DNA of 64,000 nucleotides from contig OZ116699.1 in assembly GCA_964199315.1 (NCBI GenBank), positions 33,542,001-33,606,000 on the forward strand, in the 5' to 3' direction. Shown here piece by piece: positions 1-13,081 of the stretch. A program made the position numbers and the translations under genes. This DNA comes from Orbicella franksi. Its lineage: Eukaryota. The notes below the pieces were generated by a model, which was given only the letters and a program-made list of their open reading frames with translations, was not told the DNA's origin and ran no database searches. Within the stretch, counting starts at the first letter, position 1, and every line of letters starts with the position of its first letter.

Positions 1-952
1 GACCTCTCTTAGGGGATCGTGACCTGCACTCCTAGAGAGAAAGGGGGTGAGGGGGGTTTTGACCCCTCCCTTCTTACCAAGCTAGACTAGTATTCTGTTA
101 GTGACACTGGCCGGTTGGAGTACTTCATTCCCAACCCCTTTCCCCACATTTATCGCTGTCTGTGTTTCTGTTTCTCATGAGTTGCAAGCATTAATTGCCT
201 GATTTCGTCTTACTGCTTGAATCAAGAGAAAATTTGTTAGTCTACTGGAAATCAAGAAAGGTTTATGAGTAGATTGACATAAGAATCATACTAGATGTTG
301 CGAATCAAATATTTCACAGCGCCACGAGAAATGCCAATTTTATGCTTTTAGAGACGTCACAACGAGCCATGACGAGGCAAAATATTTAACGGCTCCAAAC
401 GCAACTGGAAAATTATTTAGAGTCCAATCAAACCCGTTTTGACTCTTAAATTGGTTAAGCCTGGCAAAATGATTTTTGATGCTAAATTGAGTTGGGGGAT
501 CTTACAGAGACAGCCTGAGCCCTCTTAATGCTTCGATCCCGGTTTTAGAATGTTTTGCGCAGTTTACCGGCGAGCATGCTTTAACCTCAATCTGTGAGAA
601 CAAGAACGGATCGATCGGGATGACCTATTAAAAAGTGGTCTAACAAGATATCCAGTTAATTTACAATAGTTTCGTTTCTTACAGTCATGATCTTGAAGTG
701 CACTTGGGAAATAAAGCCTACATGCAGTTATTAAGAAAATTTGGGTGAATATTGGTTTTATTACATGTTTGTTTTGCGAGAGAGCTAGAACGCCGCTACA
801 AACTAAAATAGTGAACAGATTCACGCTAAGTCTCCTTAAAATTCTTGGATTTAGAACGAAAGAAAGTTAAAAATGCCACGAGATCTTGCCTGGTGATTAT
901 GTAACACCACCGAGCGACTTACACCCGACTTGCACAAATTAAACATTTCTAA

Positions 953-1545
953 GGTTACCGTAAACCTTCGCGGGTGTCCTTAGCGAAAAAAAATATTACC
1001 GCGCTGTCTTAAAGACAACCACTACAAATTATATATCAATGCAAAGGTTATAGAATGCTCTATTCGATAAAAATTGTTTTGCCTCAATCTTTTTTAATCA
1101 TAAGGCGAGCGCGACCTAAAAGCGCGAAACGACCGACGTTCCATTGAGCGAATTTATCGGGTATCAAACTCGACCGCATCAAGCTACTGCATTATATCAT
1201 TCACGAGGCATCAATCATCAAAACCGTGTGAGGGTTTGTCGATATTCCTATTGGTTGTTTTGGAAAATTTCTGTCAAGTTTGATGTCCAAAAATACAGCG
1301 ACACGTTTTACGACGAAGGCCATTGCAGGAAATCAATTTTGAAAATTCGCTCAATGGAACGTCGGTCGTTTCGCGCTTTTAGGTCGCGCTCGCCTTATGA
1401 TTAAAAAAAATTGAGGCAAAATAATTTTTATCGAATAGAGCATTCTATAACCCTTGCATTGATATATAATTTGTAGTGGTTGTCTTTAAGACAGCGCGGT
1501 AATATTTTTTTTCGCTAAGGACACCCGCGAAGGTTTACGGTAACC
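953..1545. mobile_element. Non-autonomous DNA transposon (MITE), Kolobok-like, ~203-bp TIRs
   Basis: 953-1155 is the reverse complement of 1343-1545 (GGTTACCGTAAACC...GGTTTACGGTAACC), flanked by CTAA/TTAA. It is absent from the paralogous site near 4522. TTAA TSD with RR..YY termini is the Kolobok pattern. Confidence 0.85.
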
Positions 1546-1598
1546 TTAAGGTATTGCGCATTTAGCAAATAAGAAATGTACAACGTAAGTACACTTAC

Positions 1599-1655
1599 CA
1601 AGTGGCGAGAATATATCAGAAACACGGCAATCGCCAAACTCTGTAAATTCGTTAT
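1599..1655 (-). pseudogene. Decayed signal-peptide exon of an LU/Ly6 paralog (duplicate of LU-1 exon 1)
   Basis: Aligns to 4629-4575, but ATG is replaced by ATA (ATAACGAATTTACAG vs ATGTCGAATTTACAG) and the exon is 57 nt rather than 55 nt, a frameshift. The GTAAGT donor is retained. Flanks ~525-2230 are homologous to ~4235-5230. Confidence 0.75.
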
Positions 1656-3168
1656 GTTTCTTCGTTTTTCCGCTTTACTAGTGGTTGCAGTCCGGAGCAG
1701 TATAGCTAAGTGCGGATCGGGACGATCAGAAGCGAACTGATCAACACAACTGAGCCTTACATACTATATGTGATGGCACACCTTAAAAATGTCAAAATTG
1801 ATTTATTTCGGAAGTGGGTTAACAATACTTGTCAGAAAAACTGTTGTCTCATTGGTCAACATAACAACCCTCCGGCTCTAATTTGTTCCCCCTCGCTTAA
1901 AATACTAGACCAAGTTTCAAAACTGCTATTTACATATTCAAGTTAGCTAGAATGTTTGTCTAACCATGATTAATTTAAACACGTGTTAATTCGGCTTCAG
2001 ATTGCTTCTTAATTTCAGCGATCTACAAATGGTTCAGCTTTCAGCTGCCACCCTTATTAATCATGATCAGGCGGGAACCTGAATGAGCGAAAATTTCATC
2101 CGTCGTTGTTTCTTTCATTCGTGCTTCGTTGCTTCGTTGGCTTTCATCAGACACACAATGACTTCACAGAAGCGATGAGTATGCAAATTTCTCATGCTGT
2201 CAAGATCAAGGTGCAATACATGACTACTTAGGGTTGCACGAGCACAACAGTGTAATAGTGTAATTAATCACTTTGTCGCATCGTTACTCGACAAAAACTC
2301 TATTGTTTAAATAGAAATCTCAAGCTCATAATAGTATTGTTAATTATAATATAGATAGGACTCTGCGGGCGTTCTGATTGGTCGAAAACCCATGTTTCAG
2401 AGTATAAAACATAGAAAAAGCCTGTTTTATTGTTTTTCGCCACATTCCCTCTATATCATAAAGCAAATGAAGAAGTCTAAGCCGCGTATTACACTGTGAT
2501 AAAACACCCGGACATAGGAGAACACTCGAGAAATGTGGAAAACACGAGCCGCAGGCGAGTGTTTTCTACATTTCCAGTATAATACATTTACAGTGTAATA
2601 CACGACTCAGGTTTCTTTATTTGTTAAATAAATTATCGTTGACGTCAAAATGTGGTAAGAACAAAAATGTGACGCACGACCGATTAGGCGAGTTTGTCAC
2701 TGATGTTCTTACCACTTTTTGACGTCATCTGGGATCTATAACTGAAAAAACGCACAGAAAAATGGAATCAACTTGTTTTATTTAAACGTTAACGACGTCA
2801 CCTATGCGTCTGTCCTCCAGTAGATCATAAGTAAGAACCAATCAAAATGCTCAAATGATTCCCTTATTACACAACTCTATTTCACAACTCTATTTCTCTC
2901 GATATTTTTTAAGAAACGTTACAAGCAACTGAAGATTTACCTATCACTGAAATTGAGCAACAATTATTGAATTTCTATTTAATGCTACATGCAGCTTTGA
3001 TCAACGAAGGTCAGAAATCCTTCAAATTTAAAACGACGCGTATGATTAATTTACTTAACATTCCTTAGCAGCTGCTAAACAATAAATCAACAACCTCGAA
3101 TGATTCGCATAATAACCGCGTTCTTCTAAATGACAATGAACGATAATCCATTATTACATAATTACAAC

Positions 3169-4629
3169 CTAATAACTGAACAAGTGGATAAAACCAGTGG
3201 CAACGCAAGCAATCAAAAGAAGACCGCTGACCATCTGACCGGGTGCACTGTTGCAGTAGTCTGAGGAGCAGCATTCCACGTTACACTTGACACCAGGCTC
3301 ATTGCAGGCGGGAACGGCTGATGCTGAGCAGGCAGCCGCGCAGCCTTTCACATAAGCTTCATCAATGGAACTGACGTGAACGCTGGCTTTAACGCAGTGC
3401 TGCGAATCTACGCACCTGCCCTTGTATCGCTTGGCATCACAGTCTTTCCAAGAGTGGGTGCTAAGGCACTGATAACATTCACGGGAAAACACTGCAAGAT
3501 TGAAGGAGAAGCGAGGTAAAATTATAAACGTGTGACTACCTTTTTCAAAATTTTCTAACCGTGAAAATAACGGGTGGAACTGACCGAATTTGTGTATGCA
3601 AGCAATCCAGAAAATAGCCATCAAGATTGTCTCCACATGTAAAATCTATGTAAAATCTTTCTGCACGCAACGGTGTTTTCGAAACCGGAAAATTTAGACT
3701 TCGCGGTATGTGTCAAGGGCAAGATGCTTCTGGAAAAACTTTTAAATGTTGTATAAAATAGCTAAATAGCAGGTTGAAATCCTCATCGGCTAATAGAGTA
3801 CTCAATAGTTAGACTTGAGCGATTTATAACAGTAGAAGTAAAGAGCTGGATTAGTTGGTGCAAGACATTTACTCTTCCGAAACAATCAGATTGCTACAAC
3901 TGCCAGAAAAAACGGTTACAGGGCAAGTAAAATAACTATATATGGAAATTGGACTTCGAGTTGCACTAACTGATAGTTTGAATACTTGCAACCGCGCTGG
4001 TGAATTTACTTTACTGTTATTCGATTACTTCAAGCGGTCTTCAGCTCATTCAACGTAGGTTGTTCATCTGAAATAATCTGTTTCAAACAAATTAAACAAC
4101 GTTTCGGCTCCTTGTCTAGTTTTGCTGCAGAATGCTTTGCTTTAGCAACTATGATTCTTCAAGCTGAGACTCAAACGTGCAATTCAGCATGGCTTATTTG
4201 CGACGTGGTATGTAACGCCCTCACATGGCATGATATTGAATGCTTCGATCCGTTTTGAAATATTTAGCACAGTTGACGTGTTGACCTGTGATAATGGATA
4301 GAGATCGATCGAGATGACGTACAAAAAGTGGTCTAACAAGACATCCAGTTGCAAACAAAAACTAAAATAGTGAACAGATTCAAAGTCTCCTCAAAGTTCT
4401 TGAATTGAGAACGAAGCTAAGGACACTCTAACTGAAACTAAAAGTGCCACGAGGTCTTGCCTGGTGATGATGCAAGACCACCGAGCGACTTGACATCCGA
4501 CTTGCACGAATTAAACATGTCTTTAGGTATTACGCATTTAGCAAATAAGAAATGTACCACGTAAGTTTACTTACCAAGTGGCGAGAACATTAGAAACACA
4601 ACAATCACCAAACTCTGTAAATTCGACAT
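3169..4629 (-). CDS. LU-1: GPI-anchored three-finger Ly6/uPAR protein, 125 aa (exons 4629-4575, 3491-3169)
   Basis: MSNLQSLVIVVFLMFSPL|VFS-RECYQC...KGCAAAC...ECCSSDYCN plus hydrophobic tail. Phase-1 GTAAGT donor and TTGCAG acceptor give a continuous frame. 12 Cys in the domain. Confidence 0.9.
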
Positions 4630-6327
4630 GTTTCTTCGTTTTTTCCGCTTTGCTAGTCGCCTAGTGATTGTGACTCTGCGAACCCACCGTACGGTAGTGC
4701 TGACTGGGACGATAAGACGCAAACTGAAGAACTCAACTGAGCCTTCTATGCTAAATGTGATGGCACACCTTAAAAATGTCGAAATTGATCTATTTCGGAA
4801 GGAAGGTAACAATACTTGTCAGAAAAGCTGTTATCTGATTGGTCAACATAAAAGCTTGTGGTAATGATGCACACCCCTGATCGCTCTGCTCTCCTCGTGT
4901 AGTCCACCCCTCTGTCTCTGGTTTTTTCCGCTCTGTATAAAATACAAGGTCAAGTTCCAAACCTGCAGGTTATTTACATATTGAAGTTAGTTAGATTGTT
5001 CGTCTGTTCATGATTAACTCAAACGCGTGTTAATTTAGCCGCCAACCTTGTTAGTCAGGCAAGAACATAAATGAGCGAAAATTTCATCCTGACGCGATTC
5101 GTGTTCCCTTGCTTTGTTGGCTTTAATCAGATCATTATGACGCTGACACACAATGACTCCATAGCAGCGATGAGTATAAGCATACTGTATTTCTAATGCT
5201 GTTGAGATAATTGCGCACTGCACGATTACTTAGAGTTTCAAGAAGACGATCTAAAAATAGTACGATCAATCATGTTGTTACCAAGATTGTGTACGCATTC
5301 CGATCTTTGATCTGCCGGCAGTGATAGCGTGCTTTCTTCAATCCAGTTTGATAACGTCATACCACGTCATTTCGTGAATTATACAGGGATTATAATAACC
5401 GGCTTGACGTAAATTGTAATACCTTCCTTCCTCCCCCTCCCCCTCCCCCCTCTTTTACTCGCTCCATTTTTCGCGCTGTAATTCGTTGCTCCCGAACCCC
5501 ACAGAAACGCTTGCTACGCAGGCTAGTAGAGAATTGTAATAACAGTTGCCGCGTGTTTGGACAACGAACAGCCGCTCTTTTGCTTATAGCCCGTATAGCG
5601 TGACACGAAAAAAAGAAAGCGCAAGAAAAATGCGCGTGACTCTAGGTTTCTCGTGGCCTCTTTTTTCGTGCACTTTTTAAGCGATGGCGCATTATGTGAG
5701 TTCATCACTTTAAGTGGGCGTGCTGCGTGCCTTTGGATAGTGATTTCTCTCTTATTTCGTCTCGCTTATGTCCGTCGCGCTTATATCGCGCACGATTTAT
5801 CCCTCTGTGGAAGCGAAATGCACTCTGGGAGTTCCTTTGCTGCTTTCCCGTGCTGTTCGTAATAAGAAAATATCCTCCATGTATACAAGTTTAGATAGAC
5901 AAGCGGGTCGCACACGCGATATGACAAGTATACAGTCTGTAATAGTACCCGACGGTAAAAGCAGATTGGTGGGTAATTTTTTTGGAGCTATTTTGTACCA
6001 AGAGCTAATTTAATGCAATAGCACGGTCTTATTCTTTTACCAGAAGTGATCAGATTGATCATAGTTTCTTTGGTTTTGAATTTCCAAGAAACCACTTCAA
6101 ATTAATACCGATTTTAAAAGCCATCCAAAACAGACACTCTATTACTCTTCACTACATTGCAATGCACTGCATTGCATCGCATTGCATTGCATGGCATTGC
6201 ACGGCATGCACTACAACGACCTAGAGCACTGCACTTGGTTGCATTCTATTATTGGCTGTTTTGGAAACTGATACCTGCATTATCATAGAACATCATTACC
6301 CGTAAGGCTCAGATTGTCAGCTTTATT

Positions 6328-7800
6328 TTATGTACAGAAGAAAACTGCTGGAAGAAGCGTTGCCATGGAGATTAACATCATCATTTTGCTGTTCGCTATC
6401 TTCGGGCTCATGTTGCAGAGGTCAGCGGAGCAACAATACGTGTCACAGATGACATGTTCGTCACAATGGAGAATCCCGCTGGCATCGCATCTGTCGGCAC
6501 AGCCTCTTGCAAAGACTGAGCTGGAAATATTTTTTAAGACGTTTTGGGTCGTTATGTTCGCTTTGAAGCATCTCTTGAAACTTTCCCGGCAAGTGACTTC
6601 TTTAAGGTTCTCATCACAGCTTTTCCAAGAAGTTGAATTTTCACAATGGTAACATTCCAGGCCGTTCACTGCGTCAGGGAAAATATTCCAAAGGTAAAAT
6701 TGTATATCAGTATACCAGAAAATTGACTCGTTATGCGAGAAGAGAGACAGCTCTTACTTTTGTAATCCTAATCGTAATTCGAATTTCTCAGTCATCTGAT
6801 TCCGTTTCCCCTATGGGTCTCAAAACTTTCTTAAACTAAATATGTAATATGTATGATAGGTTTTGTTTCCAAAGGCAAATACAAAAATTAGCCGCTGTCG
6901 TTTGCGTTCTCCAAAATACACAGAACTTGGCCATTTCACGATGCTGTTTAAAGAGGAGGGCTAAGAAATATACAAAGATTTACAATGAACTGCACAGCCA
7001 TGTCGTTCTGCTCATTTCAAAACTTTTGTCTGGTGACGTTCTCGTTTCTTGCCGTCATGGTTGGCTTAAGCTGCAGCGAATATGAAATAAATTTAACATG
7101 AATATCGCTTTACTTACTCTTTTGAATGAAACTTTTTTTTTCTCCTCAGTTAAAGGAGCTCAGTCACGGTTTGCACATTTTGAAAAGTTTAGCCTAAATT
7201 TTTCAAATTCGTCGTTTACAATCCGTGTTAATCTTCGCCATCCTTGACCATCCTTGTTTCCTTTATGGTTTATTATTATCTCTTTGATGTTTTTCTATCT
7301 TAGTAAACTATTATTTTCAGGTTTCCTTCCATTTAAAGGAGATTTTGTACGCGGCCAAAAAAAAAGACGGAACACCGTGACGGAGCTCCTTAAAGCCAAT
7401 GAATTCCGAATGGCAATTATTATGTCAAACATAATCTTTAAAAAGCGAGCCAGTTTATGATTAATGCTGGACATAAAACAAGGAATAGTTATTTTTCAGC
7501 TACTTTAAGGTTTTTCTTTTTGTCTTCCTAAATTGAACTACAGTTTCCCTTCCTGTTAAAACTCACTTCATATATTTCAATTCACTGCACGCAGACAAGT
7601 TGTCCCACGTTTTCTTTGATTTCTATGAACAACGATGTCTAAAAGGTTTTCCGCGATTACGCGCTGTTTAAAAAGTGTCGCACGGAGAACTATGTTTGTT
7701 ATTGAGGTTTTTAAAGCAGGAGAATAAGACGTTGTACTATACCTGTTTGGATCATCTTAAAAACGCTAACCAAAATCCCGGCAAGAGTTAGATATTTCAT
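6328..7800 (-). CDS. LU-2: GPI-anchored three-finger Ly6/uPAR protein, 132 aa (exons 7800-7743, 6668-6328)
   Basis: MKYLTLAGILVSVFKMIQT|VNG-LECYHC...ARGCADRC...YCCSADLCN plus hydrophobic tail. Phase-1 CAG|GTATAG donor and GCAG acceptor. 12 Cys. Confidence 0.85.
7154..7389. mobile_element. Kolobok-like MITE in the LU-2 intron
   Basis: TTAA-AGGAGCTCAGTCACGG ... CCGTGACGGAGCTCC-TTAA; short TIRs with TTAA TSD. Confidence 0.7.
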
Positions 7801-7978
7801 GTCTGCCTTAATATTACTTATTCTAGTCGGGCTAAACATCAGTCATCGATGTGACGTATGAAGGCGAATTTTAACATAATTTGTTGGTGCTTTTCTTCAC
7901 CTGGCTTTGCATTGATTTAATCTTACCGGTGTTGCGCTGATTTCGAATCATGACATTGGACTAAAACAAAAAATTATA

Positions 7979-9145
7979 TGGTATCCTCGTCTCGGAGAGG
8001 CGATGGTCAGCGCATCACTGTCGACAGGCTCTTAAGTGACTCAAAAGCCCGATTCTTGAGTGGCAGTCTTTGTTGCAGCTGGTACAGATGTAGTTTGTGG
8101 CCTCACGAACTGATACTTGTCGTTCCTTTCTCGCCGCCCGCTTGATTGTCGCCTCGGCCCTGGCCTTCGTCTCGGCCCTGAGTGCCCCCTCCTTCACACC
8201 GTGACGCCAGGCGGCGCGGACTTGCGCGAGGACCTCCCAGGTATTGGGATTGAATTCAGCGAGTCGCAGGTCACGCTTGCAAACATCCTTAAAGCGAAGG
8301 AGAGGTCGGCCCACGCGTCGGGCGCCCTCCCACAGTTCCCCGTAGAGGACTTGCCTTGGCAAGCGATCGGGTTCCATACGGTGAACATGACCGAGCCACC
8401 GTAAGCGTCTTTGGATGAGTAGTGTAGGGATGCTCGGCATGTCGGCTCGTTGAAGAACATTGGTGTTGGAGACTCTGTCCTGTCATTTGATCTGAAGGAG
8501 ACGCCGAAGGCAGCGGAGGTGGAACCCGTTGAGCCGCTTCTCTTGTCTGGCGTATGTGGGCCACGACTCGCTTCCGTAAAGGAGAGTGGAAAGGACACAA
8601 GATCGGTAGACTTGCAGCTTGGTCCTCTCGCTCAACAAGTCGTTAATCCACACTCTCTTGTTGAGGTTGGCCATAACGCCGGCTGCCTTGGCGATCCTTG
8701 AACTGATCTCGACATCTAGCGACGCCTTGCTTGGCACTGTTGACCCTAGGTAAGTGAAAGAGTCCACGACCTCCAGTTCAGTGTTGTTGATGGTAATGAC
8801 GGGAGGTGTCTCTGCATCTTGGGCTAGGATGTTTGTCTTCTTTAGACTGATGGTAAGGCCGAACTCCTTGCAGGCGTGAGACAGCTTATCAACCAAGCGT
8901 TGAAGGCCTGCCTCGCTGTGGGATGCCAGGGCAGCATCATCCGCGAACAACAGCTCGCGTATGAGCACTTTAAGGGTCTTGGTTTTGGCGCGGAGCCTGG
9001 CAATGTTGAAAAGCTTGCCATCTGACCTCGTCCGAATGTATACACCCTCCGAGCAATCGGCAAAGGCGTAGTGGAGTAACATCGAGAAGAAAATCCCGAA
9101 CAGGGTTGGCGCCAAAACGCAGTTCTGCTTTACTCCACTGCTGAC
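7979..9145 (-). mobile_element. 5'-truncated RTE-clade LINE (RT C-terminal half plus C2H2 finger), one premature stop
   Basis: GVKQNCVLAPTLF, LLFADDAAL, FTYLGS, TLLYGSESW, RRLRWLGHVHRM, CTSCNKDCHSRIGLLSHLRAC. The two ORF-track pieces are in one frame, split by TGA at 8485-8483 (IK*QDRV, presumably TGG originally). Confidence 0.92.
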
Positions 9146-10362
9146 ATAACTCCATTAGCAACATAAAAACTGCAGGGAATCAAACGATTTCTTAAATTAC
9201 TAACGAACAGACAAATGAGTTATGCAAAAATTATTCAACATCTGTTAAATAATGACTCACAAGTTGTTTTCTGAAAACTCATCGACTCAATTTTAGTGTC
9301 GTCACTTCTCAGTCCCCGCCGAAGTATATGTATTTCATATTTCATCCGGGAGACCCAGATTCACGCAACAGTAAACTGGGTTGAAAGGGGGAAAAAGAGG
9401 AGCCGAATGCAGTGTAATCAACTCTTCGTGTGTGCTCCTGGGAGTACTAATTTTTTTAATTATTCACTTTTTTAAGAGAAAAGAGAAGATGCTTTATTGC
9501 AAAGCTAGCGAAACTAAATATGGTGAAGCTCGCATTATAATCCAATGGTGAGCGCTCACGGTGTGAACAAAGTTGACTTCTCTTCGCCCTTTCCATTAGC
9601 GATGTTATGAAACAAATAAATTAATTTATTCATACTTTTCGCTGGGCATTATCATCATCGATTGAAGATATTCTTTGGAAGTTCAGTGAGCACTCAATTA
9701 AGAAGCTCAGTCCTCTCGAGTTTCCCTCTTGATTTTCCCGTTATAACAGAACGTTCGAGGTTAACAAGTTTATATGGCTCCTTGCCCCGGTTTTGCAGGC
9801 CTGTAATCGGGCCGTGGGCGTTACGGGAGAATAATGCCTTAGAATAAGCCAATGAGAGCTCGCGTTATATCGGCTACAAACACAAGCCGTAAAATAAAGT
9901 ACGAAATTAAACGTACTGCACGGGAAGAACAGGTGTCTGCTTGTTGCCGGATAATGATTGACCTAAAATGGCCTCATTTAAATGACGCAGTTTTTTTACT
10001 GTTACCGAATCTCCGAGAATTCTTCATTATGTTTCTTCATTGTTATAATTTTTAATCTGTTGATGGTCGCGTTTATATAGAGTTGGTATCAATTCCAAAC
10101 CTTTATGAATTGTTGACTTCTGTAAAATTTCGTGTTCTGATCCGATAGGGTTTCCATGTAATTTCATTGCCTACAGGAGAATCAACTGTGCGTAGAGGCT
10201 TTCTTTAGGCTGTTATTCAGTCACAAATACAACTCAACGCAGGTGTCCTGAAAAGGTTAGGCACTAAAATATTAATGATTAAAAGAAGCTTGTAAAATTT
10301 GTGTATGGGATGAAAGTTATTCAACACCAAATTGAGAAAATTGCCACCCAAATTGCGTACGA

Positions 10363-11036
10363 ATGGCTTTCCCTACCCGTGTAAAACGCTGTGTTATTTT
10401 CGCCATGCTAACTGCTTACATACTGCCTGAAGGTAGGTACTATAATGTACTTTATTGTTGCATATCAGCAAATCAGTTTTGGAGAAAAATGCGAATCACT
10501 AACCCACAAAACAATCGATACCAGCCACGAATTTACAAACGCGTTTGTGAAGAAAACACAACGTTACGGTTTTGAGGCTTATTTTATCTATGAAATTATG
10601 AAATTGACAGGTGCTCTGCTGGTCAAACTTCACTACTGGCTTGCGTCGCGTCGATAGCCGAGCTTTCAGGATTGAAAACTTTCATTCCATTAAATTTGTT
10701 TCTTTTAAGCCAAAATACCGCGTTACTGCGCAACTGCGTTCTCTTTGGTTCGTTCAATTCGCCGTCTAGGTTTCTTTCTAGTTTGTTTGTCGAGGTTCGA
10801 AAGGTTTCTTTTTCGTTTAAACGTTAAGATATGCCATATTTGATATGACACTTTTCAGTTTAAGACGGAGAAAAGTAAGACCGGCATTTGGGTGTTGACT
10901 GAAGAGATTCATACACTTTTAAAATCGAAATTCTTCTTCCATCTCCGCATATATGTTTCTTGTCCATCGTTTCATTTTTTTCTTGTCTTTCATTCTCTTT
11001 TACTACAAATTGACACCAAAATATCTAGCAATTCAT

Positions 11037-11072
<36 letters not shown>

Positions 11073-11969
11073 AAAGCACTTCTTGAAATCTCCAATTTTC
11101 ACGTTTCGACCCCCTCTCACCTGTTCATTGTTGTAACCACGTGACAGTGTCCACGGAGCGTATTTCAACATTGAAAAGGGGGAGAGGGGGGTTTGGCTAT
11201 CGACAAAAAGATGTTTTTTTTCAATTACGGAAGGACGCCAAAAGAAAGCGTTTGTTTTGCTCAAATGTGTCAACACTTTTGTCCATGATTGTAGCCATTT
11301 ATTTATGCACTGTTTGTTACTCCACGGCTTCCAATAAAGTAAACACAACTTACCTCATATCCCCCCTTGTCCATCGTTTCATTTTTTTTCTTGTCTTTCA
11401 TTCTCTTTTACTACAAATTGACACCAAAATATCTAGCAATTCATTTATTTATTTATTTATTTATTTATCTATTTATTTATTTATTTATTTAAAAAGCACT
11501 TCTTGAAAGAAAAAACTTAACGAAGCTGAGAGGTTACAGACAACTTTATTGTATATCCCTGATATCAAATTGTCTTCCTCTTACAGCCAGCAGTCTGCGT
11601 TGTAACAGGTGTCAGAGCCGTAAATCTTGGGAACACTGTAACGGAAACACAACAGAAACCAACTGCAACTTTACCGATGCAAGATGCGTAAAGTACAGCT
11701 ACGAAAAGATGGACGCGAACTCTGACGACAGAGAAACAATGTTTGCGCGCGGTTATCTGTCCCAATCCCAATGTTCCGGCAGTCTTCTCCCGGCATGTAA
11801 AGACCTACAAAAGTCTGGTGACAAAATGAAAGCAACTTGTAAAGTTTCGTGTTGCGGTGAAGATCTATGCAACTCACAAGTCAAGATAAACTCTTCGGTT
11901 TTGTTTTTGCTGGTGATGTTTCTTATTCATGCCATTTTTGTAAAAGTTTCGCTTCGAAGCGCGAAGTAA
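10363..11969 (+). CDS. LU-3: three-finger Ly6/uPAR protein, 150 aa, 11 Cys (exons 10363-10432, 11587-11969)
   Basis: MAFPTRVKRCVIFAMLTAYILPE|ASS-LRCNRC...ARGYLSQSQC...SCCGEDLCN plus hydrophobic tail. Phase-1 G|GTAGGT donor and TTACAG acceptor. Confidence 0.88.
10960..11507. repeat. ~130-bp direct repeat (with (TTAT)n) flanking a ~280-bp insert in the LU-3 intron
   Basis: ~10960-11088 is repeated at ~11366-11507. The insert ~11089-11365 nearly matches ~26225-26501. Confidence 0.85.
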
Positions 11970-13081
11970 AAACGCACTTCTTTTGACGCTTATATTCCTC
12001 TGGAAGATATTGTAGTTGTACAGTAGTGCACTTACAGCTTATCGTACCTTTCTTGTACTCTTCGGCGGTCGAGCCGTGATTCGTATTTGCCTAGTTTCTA
12101 GACCTCGATATTTCACCTCGATCAATCGTTTTCGGATCACGTGGTCCGAGGCGAAAAGAGTAGTTGCTTCCGGCCGTTCGTCTCGGTACGTCAACGAAAT
12201 CAATTGACCGTTAAGGCCCGGGAGAAAGCCGTACAGGAATTAGGCAAGGTACCTATATGGGCTCGACTACGTCTCGCCAAATACCCACGACGAGAACAAA
12301 GGAGCCTGATTTGACGCCGAAGCGTACGTAAAAGGGTACGATTAAGTGTTTATCGTGCCCAAATTCGGCCAAGTTATGTATCGTAACCAGTTCAGTGCAG
12401 GGTATCAGGACAGGACGGCTTCTGATTGGCTAATTGCGAACTTGGGTACGGTAAAACGTAGCAACTAAAACCAGTGTGTGGGTAGAACGGTAGAAATATG
12501 TAAATATAAAAATAAAGATTGTTATATAAGTGCAACTTTTGGCTCGAATACAGAGTCATAATTTTGCGAACATGCATATACAACCAAAAGAAGTATTATT
12601 GAATAATAGTCCTTATCAGCATGTGGTTTGTAAATATTTTATGAGACGCTGTTTACAGTTTATAGAGGCCGCATAAAGATTGGTGAGCAAGGTTAGTTAC
12701 AAGACCAACAAAGTACGTCTGCACAATACTAGATTCTCGCAATAAATAGTGTTATGGATATGATGTTTTCACTGTGTAACTTCACAGATGCTCACAAGTG
12801 TAAAAGAATGTCAGTAGGCCTGTCCCAGTGCCTGCAATTACACACGCTTTAATTTGTGTTTGCGACGAACTTGTTAACCCGGTTAAAACTTAAGTCTCTC
12901 ATCGGGTTTGCCAGGTTTGCGTTGTTCAATTTTTTTCCTGGTATTAATTCAGTTATTGCGTTCCTCAAGTACTAATTGTGAACCAGAACAACACAAGTTC
13001 GAACGACGCACGAAGGAAAAATGTTCCTTCCCCATGCAAATGTTTGCCTTCACATCGACGTTTTTCTCGATCCATTACGAA

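Noticed and set aside
1710-1946. Similar short ORFs at 1710-1946 and 4628-4864 (MAHLKNV.IDLFRK)
   Set aside because: They are antisense readings of the duplicated LU promoter region; their ends and indels are not frame-conserved.
8117-8701. GC-rich alternative-frame ORFs over the LINE, and similar ones over the DIRS
   Set aside because: Shadow frames of the RT, gag and recombinase coding sequences.
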